Source: a virus (taxonomy: Duplodnaviria > Caudoviricetes). Taken from it: a stretch of 61,078 nucleotides of DNA. The stretch covers positions 1-61,078 of the IMG/VR virus record IMGVR_UViG_3300029442_000005; one strand, 5' to 3'. Both the position numbers and the translations under genes were made by a program. The notes beneath the pieces were generated by a model that saw only the letters and a list, made by a program, of their open reading frames with translations, was not told the DNA's origin and made no database searches. This document shows, in pieces, positions 10,047 to 19,095 of the stretch; within the stretch, counting starts at the first letter, position 1, and each line of letters opens with the position of its first letter.

Positions 10047-11186
10047 CTATCCTACAGTATTAACCATAAGACTTTGTTTTAATACTGCACCAGTTACATT
10101 CCATGCAACCTTATCACCTGTTGCAAATTGTGTACCGGTACCACGAGTTACTGTGCAAGTTCTACCACTAATTTTATTAGCATAATATGTTCCACCAATA
10201 CTATCAACTAATGTTAGTCTGCATTCAAGTAAATTAGGAGCAGTAGCTACTAATAAGCACTTACCTGTTCCGTCAGCTGTTGTAATTACAAAAAGAATGT
10301 TACTTTCTTGCTTTACAATATCACCAACTTTAGAACCAACACCTGTAATATTTGCACTAACATTGAATGTTGGAGTAGCATTTACTGTTGGTGTTACTAC
10401 AAAAACTGGATTTGCACCTTGACCAGCTGAACTAGGAGTTAGTGTTGGAGTTGCAGAATATCCAAGACCAGCCCCTGTAACAACAACGCCATTAATTGTG
10501 TATTGAACATTTAATGTTCCACCAGTGCCAGTTGCACTATTTGTGGTTGGTGTATTTGGATTAGCCGGTAGAGCTGAATAAGATCCAGCTGTTCCTAATG
10601 TAACTGCATTAATGCCAAATCCAAAGTTAAATGAAGCGGCTGTACCAGCAACGCTAGTTGTTGATGTAGCAAGTACTGGACCTATTGGGGGAGTTGCATT
10701 CCCCCAAACACCATGAGCAGCTACAGTAAAAGTAGCAACACCATTACCTGCACCTAAAGTGGATACAGTAACAACAGCATTTGATGTCCATCCTGTTCCA
10801 CTGAAAACTAAATTATCACCTGTTTGATAAAGCGACCCTGTTGCACCAAGTGTTGCAGTTCTAACATTAACATTTGATACTGTAAAAGTTCCTGCTGTTC
10901 CTGTTCCACCAGCTAATGTTAAGACATCTCCTGGTGCATAATCTTGAGCTGCTGTTCCTGTACCTGAAGAAATTACTGCGGCTGTTAGACCACCTAATTT
11001 TAAGCTTGCATTTGCATTTACACCACCTGGTAATTGTGGAGCTCCAAATGTTGCTGTTGGCATAGTTACATTGCCAGCATTGCTATAAGTTCCACCAACT
11101 GAAACTGCTACACTTGCTACACCAGTACCACCAATTCCACTAGTATTTCTATTACCAAAATATTTTTTTCCGAGAGGTCTACCCAT
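10047..11186 (-). CDS. Virion structural protein (Gly/Thr/Ala-rich; possible head decoration or fibre)
   Basis: MGRPLGKKYFG start, beta-rich low-complexity body, AAGGAGA RBS, late promoter at 11225-11232 and its own terminator. Confidence 0.6.
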   Translation of the reverse strand: MGRPLGKKYFGNRNTSGIGGTGVASVAVSVGGTYSNAGNVTMPTATFGAPQLPGGVNANASLKLGGLTAAVISSGTGTAAQDYAPGDVLTLAGGTGTAGTFTVSNVNVRTATLGATGSLYQTGDNLVFSGTGWTSNAVVTVSTLGAGNGVATFTVAAHGVWGNATPPIGPVLATSTTSVAGTAASFNFGFGINAVTLGTAGSYSALPANPNTPTTNSATGTGGTLNVQYTINGVVVTGAGLGYSATPTLTPSSAGQGANPVFVVTPTVNATPTFNVSANITGVGSKVGDIVKQESNILFVITTADGTGKCLLVATAPNLLECRLTLVDSIGGTYYANKISGRTCTVTRGTGTQFATGDKVAWNVTGAVLKQSLMVNTVG

Positions 11187-11273
11187 GTTATTAATCTCCT
11201 TATGTTAAACTCATTTAACAATAATATTTATCTAATTCAGATAATTATCAAAGAATATGCTAAATAACAGTAA

Positions 11274-11762
11274 ATGATAAACGAAGTACAAGTATTAGAA
11301 ATATATCATTCTACTGAAACACCAAAACAGTTATCAGTATTGTATAATGTAACCACTAGTTTTATTTTAGGAATTAAGAAGAAGATTTACCATAAGAGTA
11401 TTACAAAAGATCTAAATGTATTACCTGGTGCTCCACTAAGTGGATATGTTGCACTTAATGAAGATATTGTCAAGAAAATTTTTTTAGAAGTAGGAAGTTA
11501 TTCTTATTTTCTTAAAACATATGGTGTATCTTGGAAGCGGGTTAAAAGTATAAAGTCTAAATACACATATAAAAGTATTACAAAAGATTTAGGTGTCGCT
11601 GGATCTGTTAAAAAATATAAATTAACCAATCAAGATACTGTTGATATTTACAATAGTAACTTATCCTTAGATGAACTTTCACTTAGATATAAAATAAATT
11701 CTGAGACTGTACGAAATATTAAAAATGTACACACTAGAAGATTTTTTAAAGATGAGTATTAA
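11274..11762 (+). CDS. Small basic protein with three HTH-like repeats
   Basis: Repeats QLSVLYNVTTSFILGIKKKIYHKSIT / FLKTYGVSWKRVKSIKSKYTYKSIT / ELSLRYKINSETVRNIKN; TAAATA at 11261-11266. Confidence 0.55.
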   Translation: MINEVQVLEIYHSTETPKQLSVLYNVTTSFILGIKKKIYHKSITKDLNVLPGAPLSGYVALNEDIVKKIFLEVGSYSYFLKTYGVSWKRVKSIKSKYTYKSITKDLGVAGSVKKYKLTNQDTVDIYNSNLSLDELSLRYKINSETVRNIKNVHTRRFFKDEY

Positions 11763-12388
11763 CCAATAATACCTAAACACTTATTATAAAGTGCAAGTCT
11801 CTGAGGTAAGGTATTAGTGCTTCCACTTATAGTTTGTGTAATATGACTAATATTACCTGTATCAGCTATATCATTGATTTTATTTTTAAACCAAAACCAA
11901 ACTCCTGCGTAAATAGCACCCGGAATAGTTAACAATTTGTCTGGGTCTAGAAGTAAAGAATCATTATCGTATAAATCTAAACTACATTGATAATAATTTG
12001 CTCTGCCAGTAAGTTGAATAATGCCACGTCCCCTAAACATATAACCTTGACCAGAAGTTTCATCTCCATTTCCTAGTCTATTACCATACACTTTATTAGC
12101 TAATAATTCGGGTTGGTGAGCAAATGGTTCAGCTGATTCAAGAGTTGGAAAATATCTAGGAAATACTTCTACAAGACGTTGTGATGTGTAATTAAGATTT
12201 TCTTCAAGTGATAAAAATTGTCCACTTTCATAAGAACATTGTGAAATAAATGCAGCAATTCTTTGTTCAGTAATTATATTGAAGTCAGGAATTATTTGGT
12301 CCAAATAGAAAAACCATTCTGTACAATTTGCATTACGGGGAAGCATTAGTGCTAAAGTTTCAGCTGTAAAATTACATGTAAAAGGCAT
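11759..12388 (-). CDS. Endolysin, glycoside hydrolase family 19
   Basis: AAFISQCSYESGQF-LEENLNY and GYMFRGRGIIQLTGRANY GH19 motifs; start moved to 12388 (MPFT), just after the upstream stop. Confidence 0.88.
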   Translation of the reverse strand: MPFTCNFTAETLALMLPRNANCTEWFFYLDQIIPDFNIITEQRIAAFISQCSYESGQFLSLEENLNYTSQRLVEVFPRYFPTLESAEPFAHQPELLANKVYGNRLGNGDETSGQGYMFRGRGIIQLTGRANYYQCSLDLYDNDSLLLDPDKLLTIPGAIYAGVWFWFKNKINDIADTGNISHITQTISGSTNTLPQRLALYNKCLGIIG

Positions 12389-12389
12389 A

Positions 12390-12596
12390 TTATTCAGTTT
12401 TTCGGTACTGTCTGGACACATCTGCAAGTCGTTTTTCGTCTTCTAATCTACGTACATCATTCATTATTCGAAGCTTATTAATTTGATCTAACCTTAATCG
12501 TGTTTTTCTAACATCAGATAATTTTGGAATACTATTATCATCTTCTGTACTAGTAAATCCAACTGAAGCTATTTCAAAAATTTCGTTTAGTATCAT
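12390..12596 (-). CDS. Small hypothetical phage protein
   Basis: MILNEIF...RKTRLRLDQINKLRIMNDVR; start 12596 lies 5 nt after TAAATA (12602-12607). Confidence 0.7.
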   Translation of the reverse strand: MILNEIFEIASVGFTSTEDDNSIPKLSDVRKTRLRLDQINKLRIMNDVRRLEDEKRLADVSRQYRKTE

Positions 12597-12600
12597 ATAA

Positions 12601-13119
12601 TTATTTATCAAAATATCTTTGTATTTCTTCTAGTGTAAGTTGTCTGCCTGTAGTTGGTAATAATAGTCCACCGTCAGCCATTGTTCCTACACCTACTAGT
12701 GTATTAACTGATTGTTCCATCATATTTTCAGCTTTATATCCAAATAATAAATTTTTTAATCCTTGTATATTAGACATTTCAAATATACCACCTTCTGAAG
12801 TAGATGTAACTTGACCAGTTATTGGTAATTTAATATTAATAGTACCTTGAGGAATTTCTACATTAAGTACATCACCGACAATTTCAAACTTATTAGCGTC
12901 GCACAATAAACTTTTTGCAAAATTATCTAAAGTAAGTTGTACTTTGATATCTGATATTATTTTAACACAGACATGACTGCTATGATAAAGTAAATCATAT
13001 GGCATATCAATTCCAGCTATAATTCTATCAGCTAATGTAAAATTATATTTACTTCTATGTAGCAAAAAATCAATAGTAATAAAACTTACAAATGTCAGTA
13101 ACACAAATAGCGCAACCAT
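12601..13119 (-). CDS. Membrane-anchored glycine-cleavage-H (GcvH)-like protein
   Basis: N-terminal TM MVALFVLLTFVSFITIDFLL; GIDMPYDLLYHSSHVCVK..VQLTLDNFAKSLL, KLPITGQV and TMADGG resemble GcvH-fold proteins; GTAGGAGA RBS and TATAAATA (13140-13147) support start 13119. Confidence 0.6.
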   Translation of the reverse strand: MVALFVLLTFVSFITIDFLLHRSKYNFTLADRIIAGIDMPYDLLYHSSHVCVKIISDIKVQLTLDNFAKSLLCDANKFEIVGDVLNVEIPQGTINIKLPITGQVTSTSEGGIFEMSNIQGLKNLLFGYKAENMMEQSVNTLVGVGTMADGGLLLPTTGRQLTLEEIQRYFDK

Positions 13120-13182
13120 AAAAATATCTCCTACAGTAGTATTTATAATATTAGTTGAAATTGTCATATTTTTATGCTATCA

Positions 13183-13190
13183 TATAAATA
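13183..13190 (+). promoter_or_regulatory. T4-type late promoter TATAAATA
   Basis: Exact consensus 18 nt upstream of ATG 13209; divergent partner at 13140-13147 on the - strand. Confidence 0.7.
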
Positions 13191-13208
13191 GTAAAGAGAA
13201 TATAGTTT

Positions 13209-15014
13209 ATGACAATACAAGAAGAAATTCAACAAATGATAAATGAGTTAAATCCAAAGAGTTATGTAAGATGGATTCAAAATAGGCCTCATTTAATGAG
13301 TTGGATAACTGAAAAACAAATTGAATTACATACAAATAATATACCAGAAACTTTATTTTGTATTACTAATAACATTATACCTCCTCTGTGTGATTGTGGT
13401 TCTAAAGTATTATTTGCTACTTTTATAAAAGGGTATCGAAAATTTTGTAGTTTTAATTGTCCAATTAAAGGCCAAATACATTCAAAAACTATTAAAAAGA
13501 TGTGGAAAGATAATCCTACCAAACTTAAAGAAATGGTCGAAAAGAAAGAAGCAACCAATTTTTTAAAATATGGTTTTAAAAATGCTATTAATAACAAAGA
13601 TGTGCAAGATAAAGCTCGAAAAACTTGTCAAGAAAAGTATGGTACTGATACTCCTTTTGAAAGTAAAGAAATTCAAGAAAAGATATCAAATACAAATTTA
13701 AAAAAGTATGGGGTTGAAAGACCATTTCAGAATAAAGCTATTTTAGACAAAACAATAGCTACATTCGAAAAGAATCATGGTGAAAAGAATAAAATGCAGT
13801 TAGCTAGATCTGCATGGAAATTACAAAATAGTGGGTTAAATCCTTTCCAAACTCCTGAAGTAAAACAAAAAATTCAAGACTATTGGCAAATAAATTATGG
13901 TGTTAATCATCCAAATCAAGTTCCTCAGATATTAGCAAAATGTTCAGAAACTTTAATGAAAAATTATGGAGTTACAAATCCAGCTCAAATTGGATTGCCT
14001 GTTGAAAGCTTATTAGTATTATCTGATCCAACTTTGTTATCAAAAAAATTAATTACATATGGACTACAAACATTAAGTAAACAACTTAAAGTACGGCCAG
14101 AATTAATAGTTAGTTATCATCACCGTCTTGGATTAACCATATTACCCAAACAAACAAGAAGTTTACTTGAAGATGATGTTTATACGTTTTTATTAACACT
14201 TGGAATAACAGTATTAAGAAATGATCGAAAAATCATTTCTCCATATGAATTAGATTTTGTTTTACCAGAATACAACTTAGCAATAGAATTTAATGGATTA
14301 TATTGGCACAGTGAAAAAGCTGGAATGAAAGATAAAAAATATCATAATATGAAATTTTCAAACTGTGTTGAAAAGAACTTTCAATTGATTACTATTTGGG
14401 AAGATGAATGGATTAATAAAAGTAGTATTATTAAAAATCATATTAGACATTTAGTTCAGAAAACAAATAAAGTAATTGGTGCCAGGCAATTAACAATTAA
14501 AGCCATAAACTTATCTGAAGCTAATATATTTTTAGAAAATACTCATATTCAAGGATCAGTATTAAGTAGTAAAATTACCTTAGGGGCATATTTCAATAAT
14601 GCTTTAATAAGCATACTTACTACGTCTCAAATTGGTACTAATCCGATTGCAATTACACGATGGTCAGTTGATCAACAAGCTAGTTATCCAGGATTATTAA
14701 GCAAATTTATAAGTCATTTATCTCAAAATTATAATATAACTGAGATTGAAACAATTGCTGATCTACGTTGGAGTATCGGAAAAAGTTATATTGCAAGTGG
14801 ATTTGTATTAGATCATGTAATTGAACCTGATTATCAATATACCGATTATGTTACAAGAGATCATAAATTTAATTTAAGAAAAGATAAAATTAAAAAACGA
14901 TATAATGTTGATATTGAAGATAAAACAGAAAAGGAATTGTGTGAATTGCTTGGATTTGATCGTATTTGGGATTGTGGTAAATTAAAATTCAAGTGGTCAC
15001 AAAAAAGCAGTTGA
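13209..15014 (+). CDS. Putative homing endonuclease (Hef/Vsr-like), paralog 2
   Basis: CDCG..FCSFNC, KYG repeats, ELDFVLPEYNLAIEFNGLYWHSE, RIWDCG. Confidence 0.75.
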   Translation: MTIQEEIQQMINELNPKSYVRWIQNRPHLMSWITEKQIELHTNNIPETLFCITNNIIPPLCDCGSKVLFATFIKGYRKFCSFNCPIKGQIHSKTIKKMWKDNPTKLKEMVEKKEATNFLKYGFKNAINNKDVQDKARKTCQEKYGTDTPFESKEIQEKISNTNLKKYGVERPFQNKAILDKTIATFEKNHGEKNKMQLARSAWKLQNSGLNPFQTPEVKQKIQDYWQINYGVNHPNQVPQILAKCSETLMKNYGVTNPAQIGLPVESLLVLSDPTLLSKKLITYGLQTLSKQLKVRPELIVSYHHRLGLTILPKQTRSLLEDDVYTFLLTLGITVLRNDRKIISPYELDFVLPEYNLAIEFNGLYWHSEKAGMKDKKYHNMKFSNCVEKNFQLITIWEDEWINKSSIIKNHIRHLVQKTNKVIGARQLTIKAINLSEANIFLENTHIQGSVLSSKITLGAYFNNALISILTTSQIGTNPIAITRWSVDQQASYPGLLSKFISHLSQNYNITEIETIADLRWSIGKSYIASGFVLDHVIEPDYQYTDYVTRDHKFNLRKDKIKKRYNVDIEDKTEKELCELLGFDRIWDCGKLKFKWSQKSS

Positions 15015-15040
15015 TTTCTCAACTGCTTTAATGTTATAAT
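14949..15040 (+). repeat. 92-bp direct repeat, copy 1 (copy 2 at 16699-16790)
   Basis: 89/92 identical by manual alignment, last 59 nt identical; spans the gene 3' end, a hairpin and a TGnTATAAT box. Confidence 0.95.
15001..15029 (-). terminator. Duplicate of the major-capsid terminator hairpin
   Basis: AAAGCAGTTGA-GAAA-TCAACTGCTTTTTT on the - strand. Confidence 0.7.
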
Positions 15041-15081
15041 TATATTGTAATAACAACTGGTTCAAATGTATAAATAACTAT

Positions 15082-16764
15082 ATGAAGGATAAAATTCTAG
15101 AACTATATAATCAAAATCCTAAACAATGGACTAAGCTAGTAAATAAAGACATTGAACTAATGAATTGGATTAATGAACAAATTGATACTTTTTTTATTGA
15201 TTATGAGTTAAAATTTAAAGTTGCTATTATCTTTCATGGTGATCCCAGGTGTTGTAATGGTAATATCAAAAAATATTATAGTTTTTTAGGTGGATGGAAG
15301 TTTTGTGACAAGTTAGGAAAATGTAAATGTGCATCTGATAATGTATCAAAATTAGTAATACTCAGAAAACAAGAAATATCAAACGAACAACAATTATTAA
15401 TTAACATTAAACGAGCACAAACAAATATTGAAAAATATGGTGTCAGTAATGCAGGACAAACAATAACAGCAAAGCAAAAGCATTTAGACTTTTATGCCAA
15501 TCAAGAAAAATCAAAACAAGCAGTATTAACACAACAAAATACATTAAACGAAAAATATGGCGTAAATAATGCCAGACATATTACTGGAGTAAATGAAAAA
15601 ATAAAAGCAACCCTTATTGAAAAATTTGGATTTGATAATCCAATGAAAAATAAAGAAATTAAAGATCGTAGTGTTTCAACCCGTAAAGAATTATTTGATC
15701 CAATTGAGCTTTATAAAAAAAATTATGTAAAATTTTGTCAAATGGTTAATGATAATTGGGAAGTAAAAGCATTACTTACTGAAAAAGAATATCATGGTGT
15801 AGTTACTTGCCCATTAATGAAATTTGAGTGTATTCATTGTTATTATATATTTGAAAAAAAATTCACATATGCATCTCCACCAATTTGTAAAAACTGTAAT
15901 CCAACAGAATTCAAATATGTTAGTAATGAAGAACAACAAATTTTTGATTATATTAAAACTATATATAACGGACAAATGATCCAAGGCGATAAAAGTATTA
16001 TAAATCCATTTCAGTTAGATATTTACTTACCAGAATTAAAATTAGCTATCGAGTATAACGGTTTATATTGGCACAGTGAATTAAGTAGTGGAAAAAGTTG
16101 GAATTATCATGCTAAGAAATATAAGTTATGCAGAGACAAAAATATCAGACTAATAACTATTTTCAGTGACGAATGGAATTTGAAGAAAGACCAAGTTAAA
16201 CAAACATTGTTAAACATAATCGGAAAAAATACCAAAAAACTTTTTGCTAGAAAATGTGTTATTAAAGAAGTAAGTAAAGTTGAAGCTACTAATTTTCATA
16301 ATAAATATCATCTTCAGGAAAGTCCAAAATTTTTAGGTATAAATATAGGTTTATTTTTTAAAGATAATTTAGTTTCATTAATGAGTTTTAAAAATAAATC
16401 AAATAATGAATACGAACTAATACGTGCAAGTTCTTCTATTAGAGTAGTAGGAGGTGCAAGTAAAATATTTTCATATTTTATATCAAAAATTAATCCTTTA
16501 CATGTTATAAGTTTTGCAGATTTACGTTGGAGCCAAGGAAATGTATATAAACAGTTAGGATTTGATATAGTAAGTAAAGTACCTCCGATGCAAAGCTATG
16601 TTGAAAATTATAATAAACGTTATCATAAATTACAATTTACTAAAAGTAAAATAGTAGAAAGTGGAAGTAACTTAACTGAGTGGCAACGAATGCAGGAACT
16701 TGGATTTGATCGTATATGGGATTGTGGCAAGTTAAAATTCAAGTGGTCACAAAAAAGCAGTTGA
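15082..16764 (+). CDS. Putative homing endonuclease (Hef/Vsr-like), paralog 3
   Basis: KYG repeats, CIHC..CKNC zinc ribbon, QLDIYLPELKLAIEYNGLYWHSE, RIWDCG; TATAAATA at 15069-15076. Confidence 0.75.
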   Translation: MKDKILELYNQNPKQWTKLVNKDIELMNWINEQIDTFFIDYELKFKVAIIFHGDPRCCNGNIKKYYSFLGGWKFCDKLGKCKCASDNVSKLVILRKQEISNEQQLLINIKRAQTNIEKYGVSNAGQTITAKQKHLDFYANQEKSKQAVLTQQNTLNEKYGVNNARHITGVNEKIKATLIEKFGFDNPMKNKEIKDRSVSTRKELFDPIELYKKNYVKFCQMVNDNWEVKALLTEKEYHGVVTCPLMKFECIHCYYIFEKKFTYASPPICKNCNPTEFKYVSNEEQQIFDYIKTIYNGQMIQGDKSIINPFQLDIYLPELKLAIEYNGLYWHSELSSGKSWNYHAKKYKLCRDKNIRLITIFSDEWNLKKDQVKQTLLNIIGKNTKKLFARKCVIKEVSKVEATNFHNKYHLQESPKFLGINIGLFFKDNLVSLMSFKNKSNNEYELIRASSSIRVVGGASKIFSYFISKINPLHVISFADLRWSQGNVYKQLGFDIVSKVPPMQSYVENYNKRYHKLQFTKSKIVESGSNLTEWQRMQELGFDRIWDCGKLKFKWSQKSS

Positions 16765-16790
16765 TTTCTCAACTGCTTTAATGTTATAAT
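16699..16790 (+). repeat. 92-bp direct repeat, copy 2
   Basis: See copy 1; offset 1750 nt. Confidence 0.95.
16751..16779 (-). terminator. Intrinsic terminator of the major capsid gene
   Basis: GCAGTTGA-GAAA-TCAACTGC stem-loop plus T6 on the - strand, about 25 nt after the gp23 stop. Confidence 0.85.
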
Positions 16791-16802
16791 GTAATTATAA
16801 GT

Positions 16803-17987
16803 TTAGATGAACGAAATATGAGACATTGCGATCTCACCTACGTAATCTCCCGCGTTGCCAAGTGAACTGGCAGTGTTGGTTAATTCGACATAACCATATC
16901 TTGTCATGAAAGAAACTACTGGTTCAAAACTAGCAGGATCAAGTACAACACCGCTACTCATTAATGGAATATATGGACAGTAAAAAGCTGCTGCGTCTGA
17001 CTCACTTCCACCCTTGTAACCAACTAATACGCTTGAATCGTCTGATGCATATGTATCAACATAAACTTTCATTGCGCCATTTAATGTACCAACAAACTTT
17101 GTATTTGTTGGAGCTTCAAATGTGCCTTCAGTTGTGCGAGCAAATGCTGAAGTTGTAGCAGATTGGAGAACTGTTAATGCTTGAGGACTTACTACTGCCC
17201 AGTTGCCAGCCCCACGTCTTGTGCGTTGAGCAATCTTGTTAGCAACACGATTGATTAGAACAGCAAGTGCGGCATGTTCATCACCAACGAATGTTGCAGT
17301 ACCGCTAACATTGTTTTGGTTGAATGTTTCTTCTGTTGCAGCTAATGCTCGTAAACTACCTAGAATTTCTTGGTCGATTTCTGTGGTAATTTCTTGAGCT
17401 AAAGCAGCCATAATTTCTGCTTCAACATCAATTCCGTGCATTGCTTGTGAATCTTGAGCAGATTCAAAAGTCCAACGTGCGCTTAGTTTGCGTGTTTTGG
17501 CTTCTACAATCTGTTTCAAAATTTGTACGTTTAATTTACGACCAGCAACACCTTCTTTTACTCCAGTGAAATCTGCTTTACCAGTTGTAAGTGATCCACT
17601 GTATGCTGTTGCAATCTTAAACGGACTTAATGCTTCGTCACCAGCAATTACATCAGTATCAAATGGCGCACCAGCTGTACTGTTTGCAGATTCTGCATAA
17701 CGAACACGTAAAGTATGAATTTGTCCGATAGGACCTGTCATTGGTTGAACACCAACTAATTCATTAGCAATAACGGTAGGCATAACACGTCTAATAACTG
17801 GCAGAATTACTCTGCTAAGTGTAGCAATGTTACCAGCTGATGTAGCACCAGTGGCAGCGTTTTCCATTAATTGCTTTCTTGTATTTTCTAGCATAACACT
17901 CATGTTGTTACGCTTTGATCCCTGTAGACCTTCTAACAGGGCGTCTTTGGCATCATTCCAACGACCTTCTAGTAAAATGGTACTCAT
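16803..17987 (-). CDS. gp23: Major capsid protein, T4 gp23-like
   Basis: LPVIRRVMPTVIANELVGVQPMTGPIGQIHTLRVRY, AKTRKLSARWTFESAQD, AFYCPYIPL, MTRYG motifs. Confidence 0.95.
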   Translation of the reverse strand: MSTILLEGRWNDAKDALLEGLQGSKRNNMSVMLENTRKQLMENAATGATSAGNIATLSRVILPVIRRVMPTVIANELVGVQPMTGPIGQIHTLRVRYAESANSTAGAPFDTDVIAGDEALSPFKIATAYSGSLTTGKADFTGVKEGVAGRKLNVQILKQIVEAKTRKLSARWTFESAQDSQAMHGIDVEAEIMAALAQEITTEIDQEILGSLRALAATEETFNQNNVSGTATFVGDEHAALAVLINRVANKIAQRTRRGAGNWAVVSPQALTVLQSATTSAFARTTEGTFEAPTNTKFVGTLNGAMKVYVDTYASDDSSVLVGYKGGSESDAAAFYCPYIPLMSSGVVLDPASFEPVVSFMTRYGYVELTNTASSLGNAGDYVGEIAMSHISFI

Positions 17988-17999
17988 ATCAATATCTCC

Positions 18000-19082
18000 T
18001 TAATTTGTAAGCCCAGCTAACCGTTTGATATCAATGATATTATCTTCGTTTGTGTTAGCAGTTTTGTTGCCTGTTACTATTTTTTTACTTTCTGTTAAGA
18101 CTGATGCTTTTTGTGTCTGGCGGTTATTTAGTACCGCGGGAAGATACTTATCAAAAGCATTTCGTAAGCTATTTGTTTTAACACTCTCTAAAAGTTCTGA
18201 CATTACAACCCTCTTCTCTTTATTGAGCGTGCCTAGCAATTCATTCATTACGCCTTCGCGTTCTTTATTTTCTTTAAGGCTGCGAATTTGTTTTTCACGA
18301 CTTTCCAGAACAGCTTGCTTTTCATTAACAGCTTTCTGGGCCATAGCTAGTTTTGCGTTTGTTTGTGTTATAATACCTGTTAACTTACGCAATTCAGCAT
18401 TTTCATTTAGTTGGGAAGTACTAAATTCACTAGCGAATGCTTCAAAAATTTTACGTCCGAAACTATTACGTTTCGCTACATCAATATCTTCTCGTAACTG
18501 TGATAGTTCTTTCTTTAGATGTGATGTTACCGCTTCTTTAATTGCTTTTCCACTTCTAGCAACAAAAGATTTCTTTAGATTATTCAACTGCGATTTTGCT
18601 TCAGATACGAGACGAACCTTTGTTTCAACTACTTCTCGTTTATCTGTTGCGAATTCTTTAATTTCTTTAGCTAATTGAGCAAACACAAAATTTTCTAGCT
18701 TATTTTGTGATTCCTTTACTAACTTTTGATCTTTACGGAATTCTAAAATTTCTTCAGCCAATCGCTTTGTCAAAAACTTATCAAAATTTGAGCCTTTTGA
18801 CTTCATTTCAGTCGCAAACTTTATTCTTTGTTCAGTTAATGTTTTCTTATCTTGTTGAAACTCTGTAATCTCTTTTTTGAGTGTTTCAGTTACCATCTTA
18901 TCTAATGCTTTTACCATCACACTTTTATCGTGCTCATAACGATTCGCAAATTCTTCACGAATTTCTACTCTGACTGACTCCCGCGCTTCATTAAGCTGCT
19001 TTTCCCAAGCTTCATTAATAGCGCTCTTGGCGTCCTCAGTTAATACACCGTTATCTAGCATATTTTTAAGTGCGTCATTCAT
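18000..19082 (-). CDS. gp22: Prohead core scaffolding protein, gp22-like
   Basis: Coiled-coil protein between protease and capsid genes; FGRKIFEAF motif; AAGGAG spacing favours start 19082. Confidence 0.8.
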   Translation of the reverse strand: MNDALKNMLDNGVLTEDAKSAINEAWEKQLNEARESVRVEIREEFANRYEHDKSVMVKALDKMVTETLKKEITEFQQDKKTLTEQRIKFATEMKSKGSNFDKFLTKRLAEEILEFRKDQKLVKESQNKLENFVFAQLAKEIKEFATDKREVVETKVRLVSEAKSQLNNLKKSFVARSGKAIKEAVTSHLKKELSQLREDIDVAKRNSFGRKIFEAFASEFSTSQLNENAELRKLTGIITQTNAKLAMAQKAVNEKQAVLESREKQIRSLKENKEREGVMNELLGTLNKEKRVVMSELLESVKTNSLRNAFDKYLPAVLNNRQTQKASVLTESKKIVTGNKTANTNEDNIIDIKRLAGLTN

Positions 19083-19095
19083 TTGGTGCATCTCC

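Noticed and set aside
14949-16790. Diversity-generating retroelement TR/VR pair
   Set aside because: Differences are three synonymous changes that are not adenine-specific, and no reverse transcriptase is in the window
18025-18678. 217-aa + strand ORF and similar antisense ORFs (3195, 5739, 17488, 26481, 27787 and those inside the giant gene)
   Set aside because: Fully overlap well-supported genes on the opposite strand, with no motifs or expression signals
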